DNA from: Azolla caroliniana
Taxonomy: Eukaryota; Plantae; Polypodiophyta
Length of the DNA: 64,000 nt
Reading direction: 5' to 3'
Assembly: GCA_043228905.1 (NCBI GenBank)
Contig: JBHGNT010000020.1
Span: forward strand, 558,001 to 622,000
Positions 1 to 12,962 of this stretch are shown here, piece after piece. The notes under the pieces were generated by a model that made no database searches, had not been told where the DNA came from, and saw only the letters and a list, made by a program, of their open reading frames with translations. Numbering within the stretch: position 1 is the stretch's first letter; every line of letters begins with the position of its first letter. Both the position numbers and the translations under genes were made by a program.

Positions 1-1079
1 TATTAGTAAAAAAATTAAGAATAAATATTTGAGAATATATACCATTATTACATGATAATGATATTATTTTAAGCGTGTTATAAAAAACATATAATTTTTT
101 GGAATTTTTTTATATAGTATTAATATATTATAATACACACTTCATATATATAATAAGTGACATATGTATATGTATACAATATATATGACATGGAAAATAG
201 AATTTTAACATGTCATTGACATGCATAATTTGTAGGGGCCTTTTGCATGAAAAATGGATATTTAAACTTCATATGTCACTTGACGGGCATTTTTATTATG
301 TGTTTGTTTTTTACGGGTAAATTGGCCATCGATGGTATGACACCCATCAAATTCCTGCCCTGCTCCCAACCTATCTCTTTATATTAGGTTACTTCCACCC
401 TATGTAAGGGATCCAAATGTAGTTAAATCAACAGATTAGGTTTTCTTGGAACTATTTAATCTTGCTTTGCCATCAAATTTATGTTCTTTTGTTCTTGGTT
501 GGAGAGGCATGAATGGAAAGAAAGTTGAGAGGCATCGATAAAATGATCTAGAGATGTGCATACTCTAGTGGATTCTAGAATATACAAGAACAACTATCCA
601 ATGTAATATATAAATTTCTTTTTAATATAATAAATGATTAATAGCCAAATGGTTAAAGTTGTTCCTTGTGTGGGGAAGGGTTTCATTTTGAATATTAGTG
701 GGTGCATTGTTGTGATGTGGTGAGTGCAAAAGTAAAAAAATGGAATACAAAGGGGATTTGCCACAACATTGGGACATTTGAAGTAGGTAATATGTCGCAT
801 TTTAAAAATTGTTCGTCAAAAAAGGTACAAAATAGGTTGATTCACAAAAAGGGGTGTTGCATGCGTAATTGATTTTAAAAAAAGACCCAAAAATATATTG
901 ATTTTTTGCATGTCCAAAATTGTAGGTCTTTCAAAAAATGCCTAAATAATAGACATGCCAAACTTACAAAAGAATGTACAAAATGACTACCACCTATATA
1001 CATATTCGTTAATTGACATTTTGATGTACAATACAATATCTATTATTAGATCATGTGTCAAAACTATTGCTTTCCAAGT

Positions 1080-3585
1080 CTATGCCATCATTTTCAGACC
1101 CATCCAATGAACTAGAGGAGCTTTGTGAGGTCTCATCCTTATCATCACTGGCAACCAATGGATTGTCTTCATCCAATTGTAATCCAACGTCAATGTGGTC
1201 ATGAGACATGCTTCTTGTTTATCTTTGTGTAGTGGTTGGAGTTGTATTTGGGATCTTCTCTTTTAGTATCTTGATTGGGGTCTGTCTTAGATGGCCTATT
1301 TTGGTCAAGGAGAAGGCATACACTAGTATGTCAACATTATCCAGTGTAAGAGCAGATGTGCTCGGTAGATTCTTTCTTCTTCACTTTCTACTTGTGCCTC
1401 CGACATCCTTAACCATCTCTAAAGAGTACTTTCTAGTGAATGCATCAGGTGAAGAGGTGTGATACCAATGAACCACAATGGACTTAACTTGATAACCCGA
1501 TTCATCCTTCATTATTTCGAAAATTTTTGCAATCCAAAATGGATGACCCAACTCATCATCCCCAGCTAATGTTGCAACCAATATCCCAACTTGTAGCTCA
1601 TGCAAACTGCCTTGCCATCTTGCGTCTATAATACGCGATATTCTTGGTCCCATGTAAATATCTCTCTATTGTGGGTGAACTAGATTATTGAGTTCAACAT
1701 TACCAATTGATTGATGGTTAGCAGGTGAAATTATTGACGGCATACCAATATTCCATGTGAAAGCATTTTGGACTGGCCATACTCCGGCAATGTAGTTTTT
1801 AAAAATTGTATGTTGATGGTTAAAGATGGTATCCCACCAGTCAACATCCTAATCACGAACATACTTCTTGGTGCGCTCAATATTTTTCTGTTTCCCTTCA
1901 AGGCATCACATCCAATATATCTTTTGCTCATCAATTGAGTTAATGTGAACCATTTTTTTATGGTCATCATACGACATTTGTTTTGCACCATGGATTTTTG
2001 CATTTGGAAAATGGAGAAAGAACCTACAACCCTCTAGTGGCTCCCATTATGAACTAGATGAGTATTGTTTTGCATACAACATCATCATGTTGTCGCTCAC
2101 ATCACTTCGTTTTATGAGGAAGACATAATTAAAACTTATATTATTTAGAGGTGCAAGAACGCTAACTCGAGCCCCATCACCATCCATGCAGAAGTGTTTA
2201 AAATCATACACTTCATTCAATTGATGTACTTCGGGCTTCGAGGTATAAGCTTCATTGATCAATATTGTTAGCATAGGATTTGTGAAAGCATTGTATTGTG
2301 CTAATTTCTTTGAGAACCTACTAAACATTTGATCTATATGATCATGGGTATGACCAACTAGTAAGAAGTTAACCTTAATCTTCTTAAATAAGCCCGTCTC
2401 TATTAGCATGATTAAATAACTGAAAACAATCGAGTTTTTGTTTTCTTTGGCTGTATTGTCGAGTTGCACATATAGAACAAGTGGGAGTATACATGGCAAG
2501 ACTGTAACACTCTTTGCATGAATGTGACTGTAAGATTAGGGTCGTTGTGGATATTATGATAAGTTAAGAGTACTTGAGACCTTATTGTTTGACAATATGA
2601 CAAGCAACCTACTAAATGCATTTGTACAAGACATTCATCTCTAATGTCCTTTGGCGACCTTTGAAAGTGTGGCAAACAAGTCTTCTTCTGATCCATGCCA
2701 TCAATAATCATACACATATACCTTTCGGGTGGTTGAAGAGCTTTTCGTTAGTGGTGCATAGCTTTAGAATGTTCCAATGCTTGACTCTCACGATGATCTT
2801 TCAATAGATTCTTGTAATTCTTTATTTCATCATCAGATTTCCTACCCGTTGCCATACTCCTGAAAGTTACACATATTGAACAAACACCCATTTGGACCTT
2901 ACGCGCTATAACCACATTGTTAAATTGTAACCTCCATAATTGATTGAAATGTCGATACTGTATGTAAGGTACAACTTGTGACAACATGTCATCTTTATAT
3001 TCTTGATACACCTCATGACAAGTGAAATTATCAGACAAGTGCAATCTCCCAGTAGTAGGCATAATATCACATTGCTTTGAGAAATATATCTCTATCCAAT
3101 TAATAGAATGATGCCCTATAAGACCCTTACTACCAGAGGAATTCATATCAAAAGGTATCCACAATCCCTTTAGCAATCTTAGTTGTATTTTCTGAAGCCC
3201 CATGTTCCCAATGCTATTAGCAATTTTAAAAGCAACTCTACAACACTTAGTGCTTAGTGCAAGGTAATATTCAACGTGCTTTGAACTAGCTCCAATGGCG
3301 TGATCTCTTACAAGCTGCATATGTGAGATAAGAAAAGTACCTTGTTCCTCACCATTAAGTGATAGATACTTCTCCCACATTATCCGTAAGTTTGACTTTC
3401 CAAATTTATTAAGACATAGATTCCCACAACATGTCTTGCTCGAATCACAAACAATTTGACGATCAAAACATAAAAAGTTAAATATCTTTACACTAGCTTG
3501 TCGAGGAACTATTTTGAATGTGAGTGGCTTTGTTATGCAAGCTTCGTCAGTCGTGGTTTCATCCTTGTCAATGCTTGCACAACTT
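1080..3585 (-). pseudogene. Sola1-like (DUF7869-type) DDD transposase, frameshifted; central and C-terminal part
   Basis: Consecutive minus-strand ORF pieces 2748-3380, 2412-2717, 2047-2499 and 1381-1653 carry CCxxxC, CxxC (GVCSIC), IIDGMDQ, LYVQLDNTAKENKN, FLLVGHTHDHIDQMFS and a C-terminal PFWIAKI..VVHWY segment. The 3' limit is approximate. Confidence 0.75.
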
Positions 3586-3705
3586 TGTGGGAATGAATGC
3601 GCGGAAGCAAGTGAGGACCTAACTCTTACAACGTTCGGTTATTGCTGATATATTAAGCCCTAACGCTTTGGACGTGTTCACACTGGGATACAAAGTGGAA
3701 GGAGT
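3586..3705 (-). repeat. Internally deleted, truncated 3' LTR of copia A
   Basis: Matches the 27913 LTR at its start and again up to gtggaaggagt, where element B begins. Confidence 0.75.
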
Positions 3706-3853
3706 TGTCGAATATGAGTGTATAATGGCCGTATTTACATTGTCCCTTCGGACAACCCAAGTTTGGGCTATTTCTGTAAATAGCATAAAGGGCAGTTGCC
3801 CTAAGATAGTCACTATATAAAGTGACTTTGTAACCTTTAGTTGGGGTTGTTGG

Positions 3854-4266
3854 TGTCAGGAATAGTACTAAAGCAGAGAGAGAATTAGTACTAAAGAAGA
3901 GAAGTACTATTAGTACTAAGAGGGACTGCGTAAGATTCCCGATAGAGAAAGAGAGAAGAGGAGAGAGAGATAGCGAGGATGAGAGAGAGAGAGATGATGA
4001 TAACAGCTAATAAATAATTATGTGAAGGATAAGTACAAAGTGGCTAAGAGGCTTAAGATTGGCGTTGAACCAATTTGGTTCAACATAATGCCTAGTGCCT
4101 TCTTTTATAGTGTTCTTAGGAGTAATCTTGAAGTTTCTAGAATGTTCCAAAGAAATCTGGATTAAATGAAAATAATATCCTATGTATTACAATAGATGGT
4201 ATAATGGTCAAGAGCTTGACCCATATAACATAAGGTCACTGGTTTGAGTCTTGCCATATCATGACA
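3854..4266 (-). mobile_element. Solo LTR, Tcn1-like chromovirus family related to element E
   Basis: TGTCA...TGACA termini, TSD GTTGG (3849-3853 and 4267-4271), similar to the LTRs at 21444 and 26679. Confidence 0.9.
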
Positions 4267-4692
4267 GTTGGTCATTCTTTGTAACTGTTGCTATTGGAAT
4301 ATAACGTTTTTTTTGTGCCTCTCTCTCTCTCTCTTGCTTATGCGCATACACAGGTTCTTCTTCATCACGAATGTTGCTTGCACTTCCGCATTGATGGCCT
4401 TGTCCCCAACATTTGGTATCAGAGCGTTGGAGGTTCTTCAACCCGTTGTCGACCTTCATAGTACACCACACAACATTCCGTTTTCGTTTTCTTTGAAGAA
4501 CAGAGAATGGAAAAAAAGAAAAAAGAAAAAAGAAAAACAAGAAGCTTGCATCTCACTGTGTTAAATCACAAATTGGAGTAAGCTAGTCGGCTATACTCTG
4601 TTCCTGTGATTGTAACCGCTTGAGGGGAGCTCCTTGAGCAACAACCGACCCAATCGTGCTTCATTTGATTAAACAACATCCAAATAGGTCAC

Positions 4693-5288
4693 CGAACGCT
4701 ATTCACCCACTTGCTGTAACCACCCGCTGCAGATTGGTCTCCAGGCAACAACCAAATTCGTGCTTCATTCGGTTGATCGAGATTCGGGAGGATCAATTGG
4801 ATCCTTCCCTCTCATCGTTGCAGTCATCCGAAGCAGAATCGGCCCAAACAATCGGTTTCTCGTAATCGGTATTTGGCATACAATCGGAAGCTAACCGGGC
4901 TCACTCCGATTGGGCAACATTCGGGAAGACCAGCCGGTTCTGTCCCTCAAGTTACCGGAGTCACTCCGAGCAAGTTCAGCAACAAGTATCGAACGCTATT
5001 CACCCACTTGTTGTAACCACCCACTGCAGATTGGTCTCTAGGCAACAACCAAATTCATGTTTCGTTCAGCTGATCAACATTCGGGAGGATCAGTTGGATC
5101 CATCCCTCTCATCGTTGCAATCATCCGAAGCAGAATCGGCCCAAACTATCGGTTTCTCGTAATTGGTATTCGGCATACAATAGGAAGCTAACCGGGCTCA
5201 CTCCAACTCGGCAACATTCGGGAAGACCAGTCGGTTCTGTCCCTCAAGTTACCGGAGTCACTCCGAGCAAGTTCAGCAACAAGTATCC
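4693..5288 (+). repeat. Tandem duplication (2 x ~297 bp) in the copia B 5' UTR
   Basis: cgaacgctattcacccacttg.. occurs at 4693 and 4990 with colinear downstream sequence. Confidence 0.9.
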
Positions 5289-5409
5289 GAAACCAAACCG
5301 ACTCGGGTTCAAAACCGACGAGAACGATATCGGGTGAGCCGACCGGCTGCACCCCACTAAGGTTCGTAGTTAACTCCAAACTGAGTCTTACCAACCAAAA
5401 CCGAAGCAG

Positions 5410-8400
5410 ATGGCATCAACATCCGGCTCATCGGAGATGAGTCTATAGAGGTTCGATGGTTCGAACTTCAACTTCTAGAAGGAACAAATGCAGGACTATC
5501 TCATAGTCAAGGGTCAGATAGACCCGATTGAGAATGAAAATCCTCCATAAGCATACAAGGCAAATGAGTGGCTCAAGCTGGACAAAATCTTCCGCGCCAC
5601 GGTTCGGATGCACTTGTTGGAGTCAGTGTACTTTACAGTGCTATCATGCACGACAACTTTTGAACTTTGGAAAACACTGTTGGAAACTTATGAAAAGAAG
5701 GTCGCCACAACAAAGATGTATCTGATCCGGCGCCTCTACAACTTGCGGATGAAAGAATCCGATTCGGTTCAGGCACACCTCAACGAGTACGAAAGCATAA
5801 GCTCCCAAATCTCGTCTCAGGGGACGGCAATCGAGGATGAACTCAGAGCAATGATACTCATGAGTAGTCTCCCCTCTTCATGGGAAACTTTCATTACAAC
5901 CATGTGCAATGCTTCAATAGCTGCCGTTAAGTACTCCACAGTCACGAGCGCAATCCTGACTAAAGCAGCTTGGAGAAAGTCTTTCACCAAAGACTCGGCA
6001 GATGAAGCTTATGTAGTACAAGGTTCGACTGACCGATCGAACAACCGGGGAAGAATTTCTTCCCGACCGCCGAACAATTAGCGAAGCCGGAGCAAGTCCC
6101 GGGACAACCGAATCTGCAATTATTGCAAGAAACCGGGACACATCAAAGCCGACTGTCGGGCACTCAAAGCAAAAACCGACAAAGCTCAGAGAGTAGATCA
6201 GAAGAGTAGTCGGTATGAGGAGGTCAACTACATCGACTCTTCAGCCAAAATTTTGACGACTGACCCGAACATATTGTCCATAGAGAACCCAGTCGAATCA
6301 GAAGTTCTGCTTACGACTGAGGAATCGAGCACATGGCTCCTGGACTCGGGCGCATCGTATCATGTGACACCTCACCGATCTTAGTTTCGGTAATACTCGG
6401 ACCAGCACTCCGACTCAGTTCGAGTCGGAAACTCGCAACACTGTGCTATAATCGAAATCGGCACCGTAGAGCTCAACCTTCGGGGTGGCTCTACACTCAT
6501 ACTACACAACGTCCGACACGTTCCTGAGCTCTCAAGACCCTTGATGTCAGTCAGACAACTTGACGAAGCTGGCATCCGTGCCGGGTTCTCATCAGGAGGG
6601 TGGACACTCCACAAAGGGAACCTCCTTCTTGCTCGAGGACCAAAGGTACACTCTTTGTACCCTTTATATGTCACACTCAAAGAGGGTGACTTATTTCTGG
6701 TTGATATCCCCGTGTCATCGTTATGGCACGGACGACTTGGACACCTCAGCAAGGCCAGCATAACGCACCTATCCAAAGCCGGTTACATCCCCAAACTCTC
6801 CTTCCTGGATCGCCAATTCTGCGAGCATTGCCCAGTACGGCAAACAAGTAGCCGCATCACACCCGACATTAGCACCAAGAGAATCGAATCCCCTCGATTT
6901 GTTCCATTCGGATGTCTATGGCCCGATGCCACATTAGTCTCTCGGCGGTACTTCGTACTTTGTCAGTTTTATTCACGACTAGACTCGGAAGGTGTGGGCT
7001 TACCACATCAGAACCAAAGATTGGGTGTTCTCAATCTTATCCGAATGGCTTGCAATGGTCGAAAATCAGACCGGTCGGAAACTGAAATGTCTCCGAACCG
7101 ACAACGGAGGAGAATTCAAGTCTGAAGAATTCGTTAAATTTTGCCAGAAACGCGGCATTCGACGTGAATATACGACACCTTATAGTCCGGAGCAGAACGG
7201 AATTGCAGAACGCATGAATCGAACGATTCAAGAACGCGTAATATCCATGCTCCAACACTCTGGACTGTCGGATGGCTTCTGGGCTGAGGCTCTACTTACG
7301 ACAGTACACAGAATCAATATGTTGCCAAGTAGACCTCTAGGACTTAAAATACCTTAGGAAATATGGACCGGCAGTAAGCCAAATTATGACAAGCTGAGGA
7401 TCTTCGGTTGCGAGGTGTATGCCCTCAAACCGAAAGACGACCGTCGGAAACTCGAACCAAGATCAAGGAAATGCGTTTTCCTTGGATATGGACCCGACGA
7501 CGAGATCGGATACCAACTCTGGGACCCTGAGCAAAGACAAATTGTTCGAAGCTCGGACGTCGTGTTGAACGAGTAGGCTATGCATAAAACGGCCGAAAGG
7601 CCTATTGAAGTCCGAAGGGTAATATTTTCTGAAGTGCCAAACCCTTCATGACGGCCCAACCCACAACACGAGATCGGTTTCACGGGTAACCGACAACTCT
7701 CGCACTGAATCCACCGATTCGGGATAGTCGAATGGCTCAGCTCCCGACCATCCGACATCGACACCCGGTGCGACTAGTCCAGTCATACCTCACAGGTCCG
7801 AGAGACTGTCACAACCTCCGGAGAGGTACTCTCCTGGAATTTTCTTTACTGACGCTGACGAACCGACGTCTTACAAAGAAGCATCGGCATCTGCCGATTC
7901 AGCCACATGGCATTTGGCGATGGAGTCGGAAATGCACTCCATTTGGGCAAACAAGACTTGGGACTTGGTCGAATTACCGGAGAATCGATGTGCTCTTCCG
8001 TGTAAGTGGGTCTATCGACTAAAAGAGATGTCCGACTCGACCAACCGAAAGTACAAGGCTAGATTAGTTGCGAAGGGATTTTGACAAGAATATGGCGTCA
8101 ACTTCGACGAAATCTTTTCACCAGTGGTGAAAATGACAACCCTTCTTTTCATGCTCGACATCATGGCTGCCAACAACTTGGAGCTGATTCAACTAGATGT
8201 AAAAACGACATTCCTCCACGGTGACCTAGAGGAGGAAATCTATATGGAGCAGCCGAAAGGCTTTGTGGCATCCGGCCAGGAACATCTAGTTTGCCAACAT
8301 CTAGTCTGCCGACTCAGGAAGAGTTTATACAGCCTGAAATAGGCACCCCTACAGTGGTATAAGAAGTTCGACGACTTCATCCAGTTGGTCAGCTTCTCCA

Positions 8401-9451
8401 AGAGGATGAGGACCACTGTCTCTTCACCAAAATAGCTCAAGACGGGTCTCCCGTCTTCCTCATCATTTACGTGGACGACATGCTACTCTCCGGCCGACAT
8501 GCCAGCGAGCTTACCGAACTCGTTCAGAAATTGCGGTTGAAGTTTGCCATGAAGGACCTCGGTCCGGCAAGACACATACTTGGTATGAAGATTAGTCGGC
8601 ATCGCGATAAACAACAACTTTTCTTGTCTCAAACCGACTACATCAGACGTGTCTTGGAACGCTTCAACATGCACTCGACCAAGTCTGCTTCGACCCCGCT
8701 CCCCATTAACCTTCGGCTGTCTCAACGAGACTGCCCGACATCCGGTTCGGAGGGGGAAGATATGAAGCCGGTATCGTATGCACTGGCTGTCGGCTCCCTT
8801 ATGTACGCGATGGTCGCGACACAGCCTGATATTTCTCACGCAATAGGAGTCGTCAGTAGATTCATGCACAACCCCGGCCAATCGCACTGGAACGCAATCA
8901 AGCATGTGTTCAGATATCTAGCTGGCACAAAAGACCACGCCATTCTTTTTGGCCCGAACCTAACCTCAAGCATAGTCGGTTACCTTGACTCGGACTTCGC
9001 CGACTGCGTGGATAGTCGGAAATCAACAACCGGATATTGTTTCAAATTCGGCAATGGAGCAATCTCGTGGAAGTCGAAACTTCAGGAGTGCACAACCACC
9101 TCAATGACCGAAGCGGAATATGTAGCTGCGTCCGATGCGGCAAAAGAAGCTTTATGGCTCGGTCGGCTAGAGCATACATTTCGATAGGTTGACCTCGACT
9201 CGGCTCCAGTTGTCTACAATGACAGTCAAGGTGTTGTTTCTTTGTCAAAGAATCCGGTTCACCACAACACCTCCAAGCATATCGACGTTCGATATCACTT
9301 CGTTCGGGACTGCGTCATTTCAGGGAAAATTGGTGTAGAGAAGATATCCACAACCGATAATGTCGCAGATGGAATGACCAAGTGTCTTTCAGCGGATCAT
9401 TTCCGGTCCCTTCGGCACCAGATGGGCGTAACGAAAAATCGGTCTGGTTAA
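5410..9451 (+). pseudogene. copia gag-pol polyprotein with several stops and frameshifts
   Basis: UBN2-type gag, CNYCKKPGHIKADC knuckle, WLLDSGAS protease, WHGRLGH, LRTDNGGEF and PEQNGIAERMNRT integrase, QLDVKTTFLHG and YVDDML RT, SKHIDVRYHF RNaseH. Confidence 0.92.
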
Positions 9452-9787
9452 AGTCGGACACACAACACAGGATGGTTTCGGACCACCGACACCGGTTCTT
9501 TGAGGATCGGCTTCAGCTCTTTCGACCCGACCTGTTCGGTCTTCTGTCTTCGGACCTTGCCGACTCTAACAAAACCGATCTGTTCGATAAACCTTGTGTA
9601 TACCTTGTATAATGGCCGTATTCACACTGTCCCTTCGGACAACCCAAGTTTGGGCTATTTCTGTAAATAGCATAAAGGGCAGTTGCCCTAAGATAGTCAC
9701 TATATAAAGTGACTTTGTAACCTTTAGTTGGGGTTGTTGGTCATTCTTTGTAACTGTTGCTATTGGAATATAACGTTTTCTTTGTGC

Positions 9788-9835
<48 letters not shown>

Positions 9836-10654
9836 ATCTTGCTTATGCGCATACACAGGTTCTTCTTCATCACGAATGTTGCTTGCACTTCCGCATTGAT
9901 GGCCTTGTCCCCAACACGAATTGCCATTGCCATCGGATCCACCATATTCTTCGTCCACTCTTTGCATTTCCATGACCAATTGTCATGGCTCTCTTTGCTC
10001 CTCTAGAGTATAATGCTTCACTCCTTATGCATGTGCCACCTTCATCTCGGCCATCTCCTTGGTCATCTAATTTTCTTTTATCATTCTTTCTTGTTCCATG
10101 CATGCCTTTCGAAGGCCTTATCGAAATACTATTCTTGAGTACTCTTAACGATTCATTCTTTAGCGACATGCTCTCCTCTAGGTCTTTAAGTGACCACATC
10201 GCATGCTTCCCACTTTGTCCACTTTTGTGGTATACTCTCGTCTTGGAGTTGACTATGACTTCTACACTAGTATTATCCTTGTTAGATTTTGTGATCACAT
10301 CTTTCATATTTGCTTGGTCCACTTGGCCCATATCTTTGCTTTTTGAGGTTTGCTTGGTCTCTTTGTCGCACACATTAGCTTTTGTCTTCGTGCTTTGCTT
10401 GACCTCTTTGTCGTACGCATGGACTTTCGTCATTTTGCTTTGCTTTACGTCCTTGTTGCACACATTGGCTTTAACCCTGCTTCCTCGCCGCCATCGTCCT
10501 TCGCTTGGGTCTTACATCGGTTAATGCCCAAGTCTCTCAAACAAGTATGGAGGAATTTTGTAGTTTGGCATTGCCTTTGTCGTGCTACCTTTAGCCACTT
10601 CCACCTTATGGTTGTTCACATTGGCATTGAGCTTCGTTTCCTCACCGTCACCTT

Positions 10655-11770
10655 CTATCTCTTGGGTCTTACATTGGTTAATGCCCAAGTCTCAAGAACG
10701 TTTGTGGGGAAAGTCTCTTCATGATCATCGTCTACCCTCTTCATCTGGACGTCTCCTTCTTCTTTGCATGTGTTAGCCTCGACCTTCACTTCCCCACCGC
10801 CACCTTCCGTCTCTTGGGTCTCACGTTTGCTTTCCGATGCATCTGCCCAAGTTTCTAGAACAAGTGTGGAGAAAGTCTTGACACGGCCATCCGCCATTGA
10901 CTGGTCTTTAGCCACCTCTGACTCGATGTCGTTTCTCGTAGTTACCTCCTCAATCATGTTGACCTCACACTTTTTATCTCCCTTGATCATGCAAGCTTTG
11001 CTCATGCTTGCACCTTCATCACTTGATGTTTCAGACACGATGTGTGTTCCGAAACATTTCCCCTTGCTTGAAGTGGCATTCGCCAGCCTCGATTCATTTG
11101 ATTCATTCTTCATCATTGTTTCTTTGCCAGATGAGAAGATGTCTTGTTCCACACCTTCTCTCGTGGTGCTGTCGTACTGAACTTGGGCCTCCATATTAGT
11201 CATATCATGACTCCACCTTTGTTGGGAGGTCTCTTCTTCCTTGATAACAATTTTAATCGGTTTTGGTTCCATTATAAGATTCTCTTTGGCCTCGACTTGC
11301 ACCTTTAATTTCTCATATGCCTCATTTATGAAGGCCTCTATGTCGAATAACATCGAACCTTCCCTCTTCAAGCTATCTTCTTTAGGTGGTAGTTTATTGT
11401 TGCTTCTTGTCCTCCTTTCACCATCCGTCGTGGGTTGTGTTGTTATCGATGAGAATCTTGTCTTCCTCTTATCGTGTAGTTGACATACTCTTTCCACTTT
11501 CATCCAATCCTCGGTGAGGCCATTTGCTCCATCGTCATCCTCAAGTCGGATTCCAATGGCCTTCCTTTCCTTCCAATCGATTGACTTCACAATCATTAGG
11601 ACTTTTTCCACCCCCACCAATCTTTGATCCCGCTCCGAGAGTTGTGCAAATCGACACTCAAACTCAACGAAAGCATGCATGGCAATTTGGTGGGTGTTTA
11701 ATGATGATACCCATTGGTCGAATTCGTATAGACTGCATCTCTTCGGCTCTTTGTATCTGTATGCCTCCAT
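10655..11770 (-). CDS. gag-like protein (371 aa) with a low-complexity charged C-terminus
   Basis: FECRFAQL..VLMIVKSID..ER..IG..LE.DDG..GLT.DW..V.RVC aligns by eye with FEERFASL..VLLFVKSMD..LTADW..VKRVC in ORF 14050-14994. Confidence 0.65.
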   Translation of the reverse strand: MEAYRYKEPKRCSLYEFDQWVSSLNTHQIAMHAFVEFECRFAQLSERDQRLVGVEKVLMIVKSIDWKERKAIGIRLEDDDGANGLTEDWMKVERVCQLHDKRKTRFSSITTQPTTDGERRTRSNNKLPPKEDSLKREGSMLFDIEAFINEAYEKLKVQVEAKENLIMEPKPIKIVIKEEETSQQRWSHDMTNMEAQVQYDSTTREGVEQDIFSSGKETMMKNESNESRLANATSSKGKCFGTHIVSETSSDEGASMSKACMIKGDKKCEVNMIEEVTTRNDIESEVAKDQSMADGRVKTFSTLVLETWADASESKRETQETEGGGGEVKVEANTCKEEGDVQMKRVDDDHEETFPTNVLETWALTNVRPKR

Positions 11771-11819
11771 GAGATATCCTCCTGCCGCCTCGTTTCACGT
11801 CAGGTTCACCACTTTATTA

Positions 11820-12962
11820 TGTCGTGAAAATCCGCCAATAAGCGTGGATCGTGAGGCAGAACTGCTGGGGTTCTGGACGGGAAGGATTTAGGGCTTAACA
11901 CTTAATGTATTTTAGGCTTAAAGATGAGCGATTTCCCTCTAATAAGAGTAAATTGGTAGTATAAGAGATCGAATAATAGTTAATTACATTTATGCATAAG
12001 AAAATCTTCGAATAGGAGATTATGTGAGATTGAATAATACTTAATAATGTTAATAAGTAAGAAAAACTTAGATTACGAGAGTATGAATGACACTTAATTA
12101 TCTTTATACATAAGCAATGTTTAAAATAAGAGAGCATAAGAGAAGAAATATGGAAAGTTTTTATTACTAAATCATCAATATAATGGACTTGTTTTGATAC
12201 ATGATTTTCTTTTGTTTTCTATCTCCCCTTTTGGGGTATAAGAGTATGAGAGAGGAAACATAAATCTTTTCTTATTCAATCCCCGTCTCCCCTTCTTAAA
12301 ATAAGCTCTTATTTATAGGTTTACTATGGTTTGCTTTATTTTTCTCCTAAAAAAAACTTGTCTATATGAGTTGCGTTTTATTTCTATCACTATTTTATTT
12401 TTGTAAGTCCAAATTAGACATGAAAGCTATTTTTGGAAAGCCCTTTGAGTTAGCTTTCTTATGAATGTTTTCTTGTCTAATTTGGACACCTATAAATAAG
12501 AGCTTATTTTAAGAAGGGGAGACGGGGATTGAATAAGAAAAGATTTATATTTCCTCTCTCATACTCTTATACCCCAAAAGGGGAGAGAAAAAATAAATAA
12601 ATCTTGATGATTTAGTAATAAAAACTTTCCATATTTCTTCTCTTATGCTCTCTTATTTTAAACATTGCTTATGTATAAAGATAATTAAGTGTCATTCATA
12701 CTCTCGTAATCTAAGCTTTTCTTACTTATTAGCATTATTAAGTATTATTCAATCTCACATAATCTCCTACTCGAAGATTTGCTTATGCATAAATGTAATT
12801 AACTATTATTCGATCTCTTATACTACCAATTTACTCTTATTAGAGGGAAATCACTCATCTTTAAGCCTAAAATACATTAAGTGTTAAGCCCTAAATCCTT
12901 CCCGTCCAGAACCCCGGCAGTTCCGCCTCACGATCCACGCTTATTGGTAGATTTTCACCACA
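11820..12962. repeat. Long inverted repeat (arms 11820-12320 and 12488-12962, 167-bp spacer) built from LTR sequence
   Basis: The arms are reverse complements (mirror ORFs 11895-12137 and 12645-12887 differ at 3 of 80 aa). Termini are TGT..ACA and each arm has a TATAAATA at its inner end. Confidence 0.92.

Larger units (their letters stand above)
3706..9916 (+). mobile_element. Ty1/copia LTR retrotransposon B (possibly chimeric; flanks do not form a TSD)
   Basis: 5' LTR 3706-4411 (interrupted by a solo LTR). PBS TGGTATCAGAGC at 4414-4425. 3' LTR homology at 9606-9916, ending ccccaaca. Domain order is gag-PR-INT-RT-RH. Confidence 0.9.
9917..12962 (-). mobile_element. Truncated or non-autonomous Ty3/gypsy-related element C (gag-like ORF only)
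   Basis: PBS TGGTGAACCTGACGTG (tRNA-Trp type) at 11796-11811 next to the LTR end at 11820. The gag-like ORF is homologous to the gag of element D. Confidence 0.7.

Noticed and set aside
1-1080. Terminal inverted repeat of the Sola1-like element
   Set aside because: No convincing match to any sequence beyond 31 kb was found by eye, so the element ends remain undefined.
3709-3713. CGAAT as the TSD of copia B (matches 9917-9921)
   Set aside because: The related LTR at 38076 starts tgttgaatgtggg, which indicates tgtcgaatatgag (3706) is LTR sequence. The match is probably coincidental.
9985-11483. Hydrophobic plus-strand ORFs resembling membrane proteins
   Set aside because: They are antisense shadows of the purine-rich minus-strand ORF of element C.
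11895-12887. Twin 80-aa ORFs as a duplicated gene
   Set aside because: They are by-products of the inverted repeat in AT-rich LTR sequence and have no protein features.
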